Source of the DNA: Pseudomonadota bacterium
Lineage (GTDB): Bacteria > Bdellovibrionota > Bdellovibrionia > Bdellovibrionales > Bdellovibrionaceae
Assembly: GCA_041178425.1 (NCBI GenBank)
Contig: JBEGVH010000026.1
Span: 35,427-99,426 of the forward strand
Length of the DNA: 64,000 bases
Reading direction: 5' to 3'
Shown here: one piece after another, positions 10,096 through 19,743 of the stretch
Numbering within the stretch: position 1 is the first letter of the stretch
Layout: each line of letters starts with the position of its first letter
Translations under genes and position numbers: made by a program
Notes under the pieces: generated by a model
Told to the model about the DNA's origin: nothing
Databases searched by the model: none
The model's input: only the letters and a program-made list of their open reading frames with translations

Positions 10096-10315
10096 GAAAT
10101 TCCTCCTTAGAAGGTCAAAAAGATCATTTTGAGCGTCAACCAGCGGTGTTTAGCAGTAAAAGTAGGAGTGTAAAATAGAATTTTGTCGTAAATTCCTAAG
10201 GCCTTTTAATGAGATCTGAGCCGCAAGAGAGCTGTTGACGTAAAGATATTTTTTAGGGAGGGCGCCCAAAAAGGGCACCTTAAGGAGTCGTTTAATTTAA
10301 AGGGATTTGTTGGAA

Positions 10316-11764
10316 CTATTTTTCGAGCAAGAGTGGGAAATGGCGATAGTTGTATTGTAAATAAGGGGGAGAGTCGCTGGTATAAATGCGCTTGCGTTCA
10401 CAATTGTTCGGATAGGTATAAGGATTTTGTGTCTCATCCTGCGTGCCGAAGCGTTTTTGGTAATCATCGGCCTGTTTTTTTAATGCTCGTTTGAGTTCGT
10501 GGCGCGCTTTCACCAAAACACTATAATAAGATTCAAGGGAATGCTCCAAGGCGTATGTGCTAAAGTTATCTAAGCTATCGACAATTTTGGTTCCATAGGC
10601 ACAGTAATTAAAGCCGTCAGACGTGGGATTAACAATGGCATTGACATTCGTTGCTGGAAAATTTCCTTGGACATCTGCAAACAACTGAACATGAGTTCCT
10701 AGGTGGCGATAATCAAAGCAGGGAGCTTTAGTGACGATATCATTCTTGTTAACGATACGATACACACCAACGCCTTGGGTTCGTTGGAGCGCCTGAAAGT
10801 ACTCAGTAAATATTTGGCTCCCAACTCGTGGAGATCCAAAAGTGTACAGTGCCTTGATGTTTAGGCGTTGATGGGGAGAAACGTTTAAATTTCTTTCTAG
10901 CAGTGCGGCGGTCACAATAGTCGCAATCGCTCCACCCATGCTATGGCCCGTGATAAAAACCGGAGTTTGGGAGGCGTTTGGATAACGGGCGATAAAATCA
11001 TCAATCTCTTCAAAGAGCCATTGAGAGAGAGCGGTGTAAGCACTCAGAAAGCCCTTGTGGACTTGTCGCTTCCAAAAGGGAAGAGACTTTTGCCTGTGTG
11101 GCATGGAGGTTGAAAGGTCGGTGACCCAGTCGATAGGGTTGTCGATTTCTGTTCCTCGAAAGGCCAGCATCAGTGCATTTGGTCCATCGAGCCAAAGGGC
11201 TTGAACGTCAGGCGGGAGATCACGGCTATGACGGAATTGTTCACAGGTGATCTCAAAGGCGTCGTCGTCGTTACCATCCTTCGATGGATTTTCTTTTTTG
11301 ATGCAGGCTTCATAGGGCAAACGCTTTCCGAAGAGAGAGATGATGTTCATGGCTTTCGATCGGTAGTTTTTTGGGAGAATCGGCTTGCTCGTAAAAAAGT
11401 CGAAATGCCCAGACCAACCGAGGCCAAACATCATTTGGCTCGGGCCTGGCTTTCCCTCTTTGTCGTAAGTGGTCACTCTTACTCTTTGCCCTAACGGTGC
11501 ATCCACGAGTTGTTTTAGCACCCGGGGTTCTACGTATGAATAATAAGAAGCTGCGGCCATCCAAAAAGCATTACGATAATCAAAAGCGTTGGTGTTGGGA
11601 CAATAATCAATTTGTCCGTCTTTGGGCCAATCAATCGGAGCCTCTAGGGGTGGGTTTGGTTTTGTATCATTCGACGGAATTTGCTTCGATTGGCCTCGAG
11701 CCAAGTGGCCCCAGGCGAAGTGGAAAAAAATAATCGCGAAAAGTGCTGCTTTGCTAGTGGTCAT
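10316..11764 (-). CDS. Secreted lipase, class 3
   Basis: LAFRGT, VHKGF, ITGHSMGG, YTFGSPRVG, NKNDIV motifs; signal peptide. Confidence 0.92.
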   Translation of the reverse strand: MTTSKAALFAIIFFHFAWGHLARGQSKQIPSNDTKPNPPLEAPIDWPKDGQIDYCPNTNAFDYRNAFWMAAASYYSYVEPRVLKQLVDAPLGQRVRVTTYDKEGKPGPSQMMFGLGWSGHFDFFTSKPILPKNYRSKAMNIISLFGKRLPYEACIKKENPSKDGNDDDAFEITCEQFRHSRDLPPDVQALWLDGPNALMLAFRGTEIDNPIDWVTDLSTSMPHRQKSLPFWKRQVHKGFLSAYTALSQWLFEEIDDFIARYPNASQTPVFITGHSMGGAIATIVTAALLERNLNVSPHQRLNIKALYTFGSPRVGSQIFTEYFQALQRTQGVGVYRIVNKNDIVTKAPCFDYRHLGTHVQLFADVQGNFPATNVNAIVNPTSDGFNYCAYGTKIVDSLDNFSTYALEHSLESYYSVLVKARHELKRALKKQADDYQKRFGTQDETQNPYTYPNNCERKRIYTSDSPPYLQYNYRHFPLLLEK

Positions 11765-11949
11765 CGTTTCTCCAGCAGAAGTCGACTGATGGGTTTGTCT
11801 TCAATCTCATTCCTGGGGGTTTACATTTAGAATGTTAAAAGGCCAAGGATTTTTAGTCCCTTTTAACTTCATTTTTTGAAATGGGAGCCGTTTTTCGTCT
11901 TCTGTTTTTAGAGATGTTACGTTATCGTTTCTTGAGGAAAGGAATTCCT

Positions 11950-14181
11950 ATGCACTTACCTGAACTAATCCAAGATCTTGCCTTAATTCTTATTGCGGCC
12001 TCCGTTATGACTCTCATTTTTATGCGGCTTCGACAGCCTGTTGTTTTGGGCTATATTCTTGCGGGGTTTCTTGTTGGCCCTGCCATTCAATGGCTGCCAA
12101 ACGTGCTCGATAATAATAGCGTAAAAGTTTGGGCAGAGATCGGCGTGATTTTTTTACTTTTCTCTCTCGGTTTAGAGTTTAGCTTTAAAAAGCTCCTGCG
12201 GGTCGGTCCATCAGCGTCCATCATCGTGTTAGTTGAGATGATTGTTATGATGAGTATTGGCTACAGTCTTGGTCGGAGTTTTGGTTGGCAAACGATGGAT
12301 TGTTTTTTTCTTGGTGGAATAATGGCTATTTCTTCCACCGCGATCATCATCCGAGCGGTGGAAGAGCTCGGCCTTAAAACGAGAGGTTTTGTTAAATTGG
12401 TTTTTGGTATTCTTATCATGGAAGATTTAGCCGCCGTGATTCTCTTAGTGCTTTTGTCGACGATAGCGTTGAGCCGGCAATTCTCGGGAGTTCAGGTTGG
12501 TATTGTTCTTTTTAAATTGGCGTTTTTTTTGGTGCTTTGGTTTTTATTGGGGGTATTTTTATTGCCAAGCTTTCTCAAAAAAGTACGTAAGAATCTCTCG
12601 GAAGAAACTTTATTGGTTTTTGCTTTAGGGTTTTGTTTTCTGATGGTTGTGGCGAGCTCCAAGGCGGGTTTTTCTCCAGCCCTGGGAGCTTTTATCATGG
12701 GGTCTATTTTGGCCGAAACTATTGAGGGCGAGAGAATCGAACATCTCGTTGCACCACTAAAGTATTTGTTTGCGGCAATCTTTTTTGTGTCGGTAGGAAT
12801 GATGATCGATCCTGCCGTTCTCGTTCAGTATGCAGGGCCGATCTTAGCTATTACCGCGGCCTTGATGGTTGGAAAAATTGTAGCTATCACATTGGGTTCC
12901 TTAGTCTCTGGCCAGAGCTTGAGGCACTCCGTGCAGTCTGGAATGAGCTTGGCCCAGATAGGTGAGTTTTCTTTTATTATTGCAAGTCTGGGGATGAGTT
13001 TAAAAGTAACAAGTGACTTCCTCTATCCGATTGCTATTAGCGTGTCAGCGATTACTGCCTTCACGACACCCTACCTGATCCGCGCGGCTGATCCTGTTGT
13101 TTTATTTTTATATAAACGATTACCACCCCAATGGATAAAAGCCCTCGAAGGATTTCGTCGAGACTCAACTACCATCACTATGACTGATGATTGGCGGGCA
13201 ATGACGAAAAAAGGGCTTGTCATCATTGCCGCTAATTCGGTTGTTGTGATTGCCATTTTTTTATTAGTTAAAAACTATGTATTGCCGTTCGTTGAATCGA
13301 TTCCAGCTTTAAACTCTTGGTTTAAGTTGGTGTCTTTATTAGTTGCGATTTTGGCAGCGTCTCCTTTTTTATGGGGAATTGCGTTTGCTCGATTGAACGA
13401 CTCCGAAGAGCAATTATGGGGTCACACGGCTCGTCATCTTTCGCTTCTTGTTTTCGAGATCGGTCGCTGGCTTTTTGCCTTGGTTCTTATTGGACTTCTT
13501 TCTGTTAATCTGGTCGCCTCTGCCAATTTATTATTGTTTATTGGTCTTTCGATTTTGTTGATTATTGTGTTTGTCTTCAGACACCTCGAGACTGTTTATC
13601 TCTGGATGAAGGGCCACTTTTTAGGAAATCTAACCGAAAAAGAACGTGTTTCTAAGTCTCAGGATCTACCTCCGATTGCCCCATGGGACTCCCACATTGT
13701 TCGACTTGAGGTGCCTTCTGATTCTCACTTGGTTGGAAAATCTTTGTCGCAGAGTCAGATTCGTGAACGGTTCGGCATCACTATCGCCCTGATCGAGCGT
13801 GGTCGTCGAATGATTCCAGCTCCTGGGCGCGATGCTATGATTTTTCCGGGAGATCACTTGCAGGTGATTGGTACAGACGAACAAATACAAAAATTTAAAG
13901 TAGAGTGTTTATCGCACGAGCGAGAGGATACAGATAGTAGTTCTGTTGATTACGTTTTAAAGCCCCTCGTGGTAGAGTCTCACAGTGGCTTAGTTCAGAA
14001 GTCAATTCGAGACAGTGGTGTGCGAGAAGCCACTCAAGGCTTGGTGGTAGGGTTAGAAAAAAAAGGGCAACGGCTACTCAATCCCGATTCCTCTGTTATT
14101 ATCGAGATAGGCGATATCTTATGGATCGCTGGGAGTCGTCGTGAACTCGACAATTTCTGCCGGTTGCAGAATGGTTGTTAG
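11950..14181 (+). CDS. CPA2 family cation:proton antiporter with two TrkA-C (RCK_C) domains
   Basis: QPVVLGYILAG, LFSLGLEFS, SSTAII, LIMEDL, AQIGEFSF; C-terminal RCK_C repeats; AGGA RBS before ATG 11950. Confidence 0.92.
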   Translation: MHLPELIQDLALILIAASVMTLIFMRLRQPVVLGYILAGFLVGPAIQWLPNVLDNNSVKVWAEIGVIFLLFSLGLEFSFKKLLRVGPSASIIVLVEMIVMMSIGYSLGRSFGWQTMDCFFLGGIMAISSTAIIIRAVEELGLKTRGFVKLVFGILIMEDLAAVILLVLLSTIALSRQFSGVQVGIVLFKLAFFLVLWFLLGVFLLPSFLKKVRKNLSEETLLVFALGFCFLMVVASSKAGFSPALGAFIMGSILAETIEGERIEHLVAPLKYLFAAIFFVSVGMMIDPAVLVQYAGPILAITAALMVGKIVAITLGSLVSGQSLRHSVQSGMSLAQIGEFSFIIASLGMSLKVTSDFLYPIAISVSAITAFTTPYLIRAADPVVLFLYKRLPPQWIKALEGFRRDSTTITMTDDWRAMTKKGLVIIAANSVVVIAIFLLVKNYVLPFVESIPALNSWFKLVSLLVAILAASPFLWGIAFARLNDSEEQLWGHTARHLSLLVFEIGRWLFALVLIGLLSVNLVASANLLLFIGLSILLIIVFVFRHLETVYLWMKGHFLGNLTEKERVSKSQDLPPIAPWDSHIVRLEVPSDSHLVGKSLSQSQIRERFGITIALIERGRRMIPAPGRDAMIFPGDHLQVIGTDEQIQKFKVECLSHEREDTDSSSVDYVLKPLVVESHSGLVQKSIRDSGVREATQGLVVGLEKKGQRLLNPDSSVIIEIGDILWIAGSRRELDNFCRLQNGC

Positions 14182-14259
14182 GCAAAAGGTTTTTCCTGAA
14201 AGGGTTTGACAGCCGTTCGTCTTGAACATGATTTTTGCAGATATCTTTTTCTAGGGGCG

Positions 14260-15231
14260 ATGAGAAAAATATCGCCAATCAAAGGGCGCGCTGTACTGCA
14301 GGAGAAGTTGATTTTGTCGAAGCTTTTTACACTGGTGACATTTTTAAGGGTGATGGTCTTTGTCCTGCTGGCCGAGCCTCTCTGGGGCGTTAGCTATAGC
14401 AAAAAAATTTATTCGACTGAGCCCTCGCCGCATCTGAAAAACACTAGCGTCCTGGGGATCGAAGAGAATAGAAGCATTCCCTATCAAGTGTTTTTACCTA
14501 ATGACTTTCCTCATTGCCCATCACCTGAGCCCTGCTACAGTGTGGTTTATTTTCTCCATGGCCGAGGCAGCGACTCAAGTATGTTGGATGAATTAGGAGT
14601 GTTACCTGCTCTGGATCATCTCACTCAAAAAAATAATCAGTTAAAGATGATCATTGTCGCTCCCGAAGGGGAACTCAGTTATTGGACTGACCATCCATCG
14701 GTAAAAAACGGTCGCGCTGATTGGGCGCATTTTGTGGCAGAAACTCTGGTCAACTCTGTGGAGAAGCAATTTCCTGCTGTTATAAAAGATCCTGAGCACC
14801 GATTATTAGCCGGCATTTCAATGGGTGGACACGGAGCTCTGCAGGTGGCTCTGAATTTTCGGGATCAGTTTTCGTGTATCGCGGCCCACAGCCCTGTCCT
14901 TCGAAGTTTTGCAGAGACGAGGGAGTTGCGAGAGCAGTTTGGAGAGTTTGAAGAATATCAAAAACGAGATCCCTTGAGTTTGCTCTATGAAAGAAGAAGG
15001 CTCCAAAATTTAGAACCTTTTTTTAAAGGATTATGGCTTGATATTGGTGCCGAGGATTGGGCTTTGGTGAGGACATCACAATTTGTGGATTTACTTTTAA
15101 GCACATACAATCCAAAAACAATGACTCTCCATCGATCGTTGCCAGGTCATCATGATAGAGACTACTGGCAAGATCGTTTACCTGAATACCTGCAATGGTA
15201 CAGTGACTGTTTGTCAAAAAAAGTAAGGTGA
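14260..15231 (+). CDS. Secreted esterase, alpha/beta hydrolase (tributyrin esterase/antigen 85-like)
   Basis: YFLHGRG, AGISMGGHGA nucleophile elbow, DIGAED, GHHDRDYW; start uncertain. Confidence 0.85.
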   Translation: MRKISPIKGRAVLQEKLILSKLFTLVTFLRVMVFVLLAEPLWGVSYSKKIYSTEPSPHLKNTSVLGIEENRSIPYQVFLPNDFPHCPSPEPCYSVVYFLHGRGSDSSMLDELGVLPALDHLTQKNNQLKMIIVAPEGELSYWTDHPSVKNGRADWAHFVAETLVNSVEKQFPAVIKDPEHRLLAGISMGGHGALQVALNFRDQFSCIAAHSPVLRSFAETRELREQFGEFEEYQKRDPLSLLYERRRLQNLEPFFKGLWLDIGAEDWALVRTSQFVDLLLSTYNPKTMTLHRSLPGHHDRDYWQDRLPEYLQWYSDCLSKKVR

Positions 15232-15233
15232 GC

Positions 15234-15249
15234 GGCCCGAGCTCGGGCC
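15234..15249. repeat. Perfect 16-bp palindrome between convergent genes (possible terminator stem)
   Basis: GGCCCGAGCTCGGGCC. Confidence 0.5.
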
Positions 15250-15329
15250 TTATTGCTTGGTGATGGTCACACAAATCGTAGAGGGCTCGCTCTCGTTTTT
15301 GCTTTCGATCACTCCTTGATTAGAAAAGT

Positions 15330-16190
15330 TTATTGAGCCTTTTGTTTTTGTGCGGAGCCGTCTGGCACTATGTTTTGTGTTATAAAATCTCGGTAATAGC
15401 CAGCGTGGCTGTAAACGGAAACTCCGCCGCAGCGATCAAAGAAAAAAGGCCCAGCTCTGCTTGTAATGCCTATCAAAAAATACTCCGCATTTTTGTAATA
15501 AAAGGCAGGGCCGCCCGAGTCGCCAAAACAAGAGCCCGTTCCGTCACGTTGATTCAAAACAAATTCACCTGCGCCCCACTGACTTACAAGAACATTCACG
15601 TTCACTTTACGTAAAGTTCCATTTTCGCTTTTCGAATCATCACCTGTAGCGCCATACCCGGCGAGGAGAAGGCGGTCTCCATTTTTTAAGATCATGTTCT
15701 TGGGTGCAATTTTCGCTACCCGGTGACTGGTGGGAATGTCTTCTTTGAGTTGAATGACGGCAACATCCCCCAAGTCTTTGGTGAATCGGCGGGGATCTTT
15801 TCTTCGTTCATCATATCCTGGTAAGATAATCACTTTAGAAGGAGAGATGATGTGATTGGGCTTGTGGATGTTTGGTCCAAAAAGAACAAGAGCACCGTAT
15901 TTTGAAGTAATGCAATGTGCGGCAGTGACCACGGTACGCTTACTCACAATGGTTCCAGAGCAAAGCCCCATTGTATCAACATCAACGACGGCAACAGTGT
16001 ACTTTCTAACTAAGTCATGGGGAGCAGGGATCTCGCCACCGACAATGGCGTTAGGGGATTCACCGAGAGGCGCCGTTTCGCCAGGATAATTAAGCGTTTC
16101 TTTTAAGGAGGAGGGGTTCTGGTTCTTCGGGGAGCAGGCTAAAAATTCCATGCCAAGAAAAATGGCCATAATTGTGTGACGAGCTTTCAT
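15330..16190 (-). CDS. Trypsin-like (S1) serine protease, lipoprotein
   Basis: FLAC lipobox, IVGG, TAAHC, DVAV, GDSGGP. Confidence 0.95.
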   Translation of the reverse strand: MKARHTIMAIFLGMEFLACSPKNQNPSSLKETLNYPGETAPLGESPNAIVGGEIPAPHDLVRKYTVAVVDVDTMGLCSGTIVSKRTVVTAAHCITSKYGALVLFGPNIHKPNHIISPSKVIILPGYDERRKDPRRFTKDLGDVAVIQLKEDIPTSHRVAKIAPKNMILKNGDRLLLAGYGATGDDSKSENGTLRKVNVNVLVSQWGAGEFVLNQRDGTGSCFGDSGGPAFYYKNAEYFLIGITSRAGPFFFDRCGGVSVYSHAGYYRDFITQNIVPDGSAQKQKAQ

Positions 16191-16379
16191 GCTAATCTTC
16201 CTTTATCGATTGGATGACTGAGATTCGAACGTCAATAGTTTTATCGCCTAGTTTTCGGAGAGAAACAGCCTTATTTGTTCGATTGAAAAAAAGAAAAGGG
16301 AAAAGAGTCCTAGGTGCCGCTTTGGTTGCTTGTAATGGGTCATTCGGATGTGGTCTTTTCTTTGCAATTAAGGGTATTT

Positions 16380-17264
16380 ATGATTCCAAAAGGCTTAATT
16401 CATTTTAATCGTGGTTTAATGACAATCTTACTGACATTGACTTCCGTTCTTTGTCACGGGCAGTACCATGCTTATCCCTATGCCCTCACCGATCGAATAG
16501 AACTAGACCCAGAAATGTTAGCTCAAGAAATGATAAATGAAAGCAATCGAAGAAATCCAGATCTCGAGCTCTCGATTGAATATTCCTTTAAAAAGTATCG
16601 TGGTTTTTTAATGTATATGGCAGGAGACAATGATTTAAAAACGCATTATTTCAAAACGTTTCATTCGGAAGAACTGGTTCAGTGGATTCTCTCTCAACCA
16701 GAGAATTCAATTGCACCTCACCATCTTTTTGCCGTGGCCGTTGAAATTTCTAAGGGAGATATTCTTGAGGCCGTCACGAGAATTCACGAAACTCTTCGAA
16801 ACTACGCCAGGGGATTAACCAAGTACACTTACCCTAACATTGGACTGCAAAGTCGAAATGAACTTTTCAATAAATTCATGGATATCCGTGGAGATCTTCA
16901 TGAGCGAGACCCCAAAACGTTCAAAGGTGACCACTACGGAAGTTGGTATCGACTGTGGGCCCTTATGGCCTTTCAAATGGCTTCGAAGTGGCGGGGTCAG
17001 TTGAATCAAAAAGTACGGCTAAAAAATTTGAGTTGGATTTCCTACCTGGCCGAGGTGATTAAGGTGATCATGCCGGGATTCCGATTCGGTGATAAAAGAA
17101 AAACCGAATTGAATCTAAAGGGTGCTAAAACGGGATATTATTTGAATCAAAAAATTCAACAAGGGGGTGCACACGATTTAATGTGGGTCCAAGGAGCGAG
17201 TCTTGATTACTTGGTCACTGGCAAAACAAATCGCTGTGTTTTAGCCCTCAAAAACACCCTCTAA
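16380..17264 (+). CDS. Hypothetical secreted protein
   Basis: Long ORF, signal-peptide-like N-terminus, C-terminal RCVLAL motif; start uncertain. Confidence 0.65.
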   Translation: MIPKGLIHFNRGLMTILLTLTSVLCHGQYHAYPYALTDRIELDPEMLAQEMINESNRRNPDLELSIEYSFKKYRGFLMYMAGDNDLKTHYFKTFHSEELVQWILSQPENSIAPHHLFAVAVEISKGDILEAVTRIHETLRNYARGLTKYTYPNIGLQSRNELFNKFMDIRGDLHERDPKTFKGDHYGSWYRLWALMAFQMASKWRGQLNQKVRLKNLSWISYLAEVIKVIMPGFRFGDKRKTELNLKGAKTGYYLNQKIQQGGAHDLMWVQGASLDYLVTGKTNRCVLALKNTL

Positions 17265-17397
17265 AGTCTTTTTGGTTGAGACGACCTGAGCCATTTAAAA
17301 TCGATCTTTGAAGATTTCTTGCCTTTCGCTTCAAAATACCTAATCTTTCTTTGTGTAACATAATGTTTGGATTGGGAGTTCGGAGTTTTTCGGGGGC

Positions 17398-18768
17398 ATG
17401 ATGAAGTTGGTCATATCTTTTGTTTTTACTTTTTCGATTTCTGTCGTTTTAGTCGCAAAGAATAATCGCTATCTCTCTTCAACGCTTCATAGTCTTGACT
17501 GCCTGCGCTCGCCAACGGGCTTGGTGGCGGATTCAGCTTTTGTGTTGCCTCGCTCGTATGGAGCCCCTGACAGAGTTATCAATCCATCGGGATTGGAGTC
17601 GACTTGTCCTATTGTGTTGGTGAATCAACAGACGTCGCCAACGAATATTGCTCTCGATTTAATTTTACTGATGGAGCAAAAAAGATGGAGTGATGTCGAG
17701 GAGTTGATGACAACTCTAGAGAAAATGCCATTTCATGCGTCGACGGGTCTTTTTTATAATCGCTACGATATCAAGAACCCAAATAGTGTGAGCGATTACT
17801 ACGTTTCGTCGGTGGATAATGTGCACCTTGTTTTGGCGTTATGGGTTTTGGGTGAAATAAAAGTCAAAAAGTTTTCTTTGAGTCAGAGAGCTCTTCAGCT
17901 CAGCCGTCGTTTCAATTGGGAGGAGCTCATTGATCCCACAACGGGCTTGGTGCGTGGGGGCTTATCGTATGATGGTACTCAATTCCACCCAGCGCCTTGG
18001 TTTTATTCTCACGCTGGTTCGGAAGCTCGCACTCTTTATTCGGTTGGCTATGCCATCGGTTTTGTAAAAAAACAGGTTTCCGAGAAAGCGTTGACGTGGG
18101 AGTTTCATCATCAGAGATCATTCGGCGAAATGATGCGCACTTGGGATGGTGGAGTGTTTCAAATGCTTTTGCCGGAATTATTAATACGTGAGTCTCGTTA
18201 TTCACGAAGGCTAAAATCAGCCTTCCACAATTTTTCGCGTTTTGCGTTGGCGCAGTCCGAGGGGGCACCTGTTCCTTTACTTCATTCCGCCTGCCAGTTA
18301 GGTCCTTTGGACTTTGTGTCTTGGCAGCGAAATGACTGTGGAGTGGATCAGCCTTGTTATCTTGGTCGATCCGGTCACAAAGAGTTGATAAGTCATGCCA
18401 ATACGGATCGCTTAGAGCCCAGCGATCAAGAAATGCGAGAACGAGCGAGTACTCTTCATGCAGTTTTTTTAGCGGCTCTGTTTGAACCAAGGGCTTATTT
18501 AACGGCCCTTAAAAAGACGGAGGGAATAAGCTCGGAGGGTTATTCTCTCTATCATTCCCAGATGGGATGGATGGACTCTATTCATGTGAGTGGACCACAC
18601 AAAAATAAAGTAGTGCCGATGGTGCTTTCTCTCGATCAGGGAATGGCCGCGTTGGCAATGGTTCGTATGAGTTCTCAAGATGGTGATAATGTTGTTTCGC
18701 GAACCCTGGCGGCGAATCCGATGGCCGCGAAACGTCTTCGCACCATTTATGCTGGATGGGGCCTGTAA
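17398..18768 (+). CDS. Putative glucoamylase/beta-1,2-glucanase-like (alpha/alpha)6 glycoside hydrolase, secreted
   Basis: TSPTNI, GLFYNRYD, VSSVDN, SEAR, WDGGVFQMLLPEL and LDQGM motifs, as in NdvB/DUF3131-glucoamylase-type domains. Confidence 0.7.
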   Translation: MMKLVISFVFTFSISVVLVAKNNRYLSSTLHSLDCLRSPTGLVADSAFVLPRSYGAPDRVINPSGLESTCPIVLVNQQTSPTNIALDLILLMEQKRWSDVEELMTTLEKMPFHASTGLFYNRYDIKNPNSVSDYYVSSVDNVHLVLALWVLGEIKVKKFSLSQRALQLSRRFNWEELIDPTTGLVRGGLSYDGTQFHPAPWFYSHAGSEARTLYSVGYAIGFVKKQVSEKALTWEFHHQRSFGEMMRTWDGGVFQMLLPELLIRESRYSRRLKSAFHNFSRFALAQSEGAPVPLLHSACQLGPLDFVSWQRNDCGVDQPCYLGRSGHKELISHANTDRLEPSDQEMRERASTLHAVFLAALFEPRAYLTALKKTEGISSEGYSLYHSQMGWMDSIHVSGPHKNKVVPMVLSLDQGMAALAMVRMSSQDGDNVVSRTLAANPMAAKRLRTIYAGWGL

Positions 18769-18862
18769 ATGAGTTACTTGTCTAAAAAATAAAACGTGTG
18801 TCCTAATTCTGAGACAATATAAATTCTCCTGAGATTTAAATCCAATAGATCCTATTTACTGC

Positions 18863-18877
18863 TGGCTTGATAGTTGC
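18863..18877 (+). promoter_or_regulatory. Putative sigma54 promoter of the toxin operon
   Basis: TGGCTT-GATAG-TTGC about 50 nt upstream of ATG 18928. Confidence 0.55.
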
Positions 18878-18927
18878 CTTGTAGCTCTGCACCCTTCAGT
18901 CCCTGGAGGGCTGGAGGTGGCGTTGTC

Positions 18928-19743
18928 ATGTTAACTCTTAAAAAGAGTCGAAAGAGATTGAAAAACTACATGAGTGTTTTTTTGTCTTTGCTGTTTGTGA
19001 ATCCGCTGGCATGGAGCTGTGATCCAAATCAGGATTGTATGTCGTGGGTGAGAGTGCCTTGTCCTACGTGGAAGTACCCTGCACGATCGTGCATGAAGCG
19101 CATCGAGGATGTCCTTTGTTCAGCCGCGCGCAAGGTTTGTCAGAAAGACTGCAAAAGTATCAATCAGGATGCCAACTCCTATATTTTTGGCTTCCGTGGC
19201 GAAAGTGAAAGAATTAAGAACGAAGTCTCAACGATCGAAGCAGCCATTGTCTCTGAGATTCAGCATGGGAATCACTATGCTCATTTGGTCGAAGAATTCA
19301 TCGACTCCTTAGCACAAACAGAAAGGGCCGGAAGCAATGCCCTTTTGCTCTTAACTCGGACCTTGCCCCTGGAGACGTTTTTTCAAGAGAACCAATTATT
19401 TGATTCACCTCTGGCGCAAGTGATCGAGTTAGCAAAAAAATCCCCCGATGCGCAAATTCAGCTCATGGGAGCGCTTCTCGAAAGATCACAAGAATTAGAG
19501 TCTCGAGTGTTTGAGGTATTCGAAACAGAAGGGCTAGTTGAGGCCCTGCAACTCATGGTGATTGTGTTTAAGCAAGAGGCACAGAAGTTAAGGCAGCAAA
19601 TCAGTGCCACGAACCAAATCCGCAAAGAAACAGAGCACAAGAGAGTTTTACTTGAAGCCATCAGAAAGCAGAGAGAGGGAGAACTTCGAATGCTAGACTC
19701 GAATATCAATAAACAGGAGATGAGAAAATGCACACCTTGGTGA
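18928..19743 (+). CDS. Secreted protein, Cys-rich N-terminal domain plus long coiled coil (toxin operon gene 1)
   Basis: GGAGG RBS; signal peptide ending AWS; 7 Cys in about 45 aa and one at the C-terminus; heptad-rich helices. Confidence 0.75.
   Translation: MLTLKKSRKRLKNYMSVFLSLLFVNPLAWSCDPNQDCMSWVRVPCPTWKYPARSCMKRIEDVLCSAARKVCQKDCKSINQDANSYIFGFRGESERIKNEVSTIEAAIVSEIQHGNHYAHLVEEFIDSLAQTERAGSNALLLLTRTLPLETFFQENQLFDSPLAQVIELAKKSPDAQIQLMGALLERSQELESRVFEVFETEGLVEALQLMVIVFKQEAQKLRQQISATNQIRKETEHKRVLLEAIRKQREGELRMLDSNINKQEMRKCTPW

Noticed and set aside
17927..18490. 187-aa minus-strand ORF (and the many other short ORFs nested in long CDSs)
   Set aside because: Antisense or alternate-frame shadows of well-supported genes
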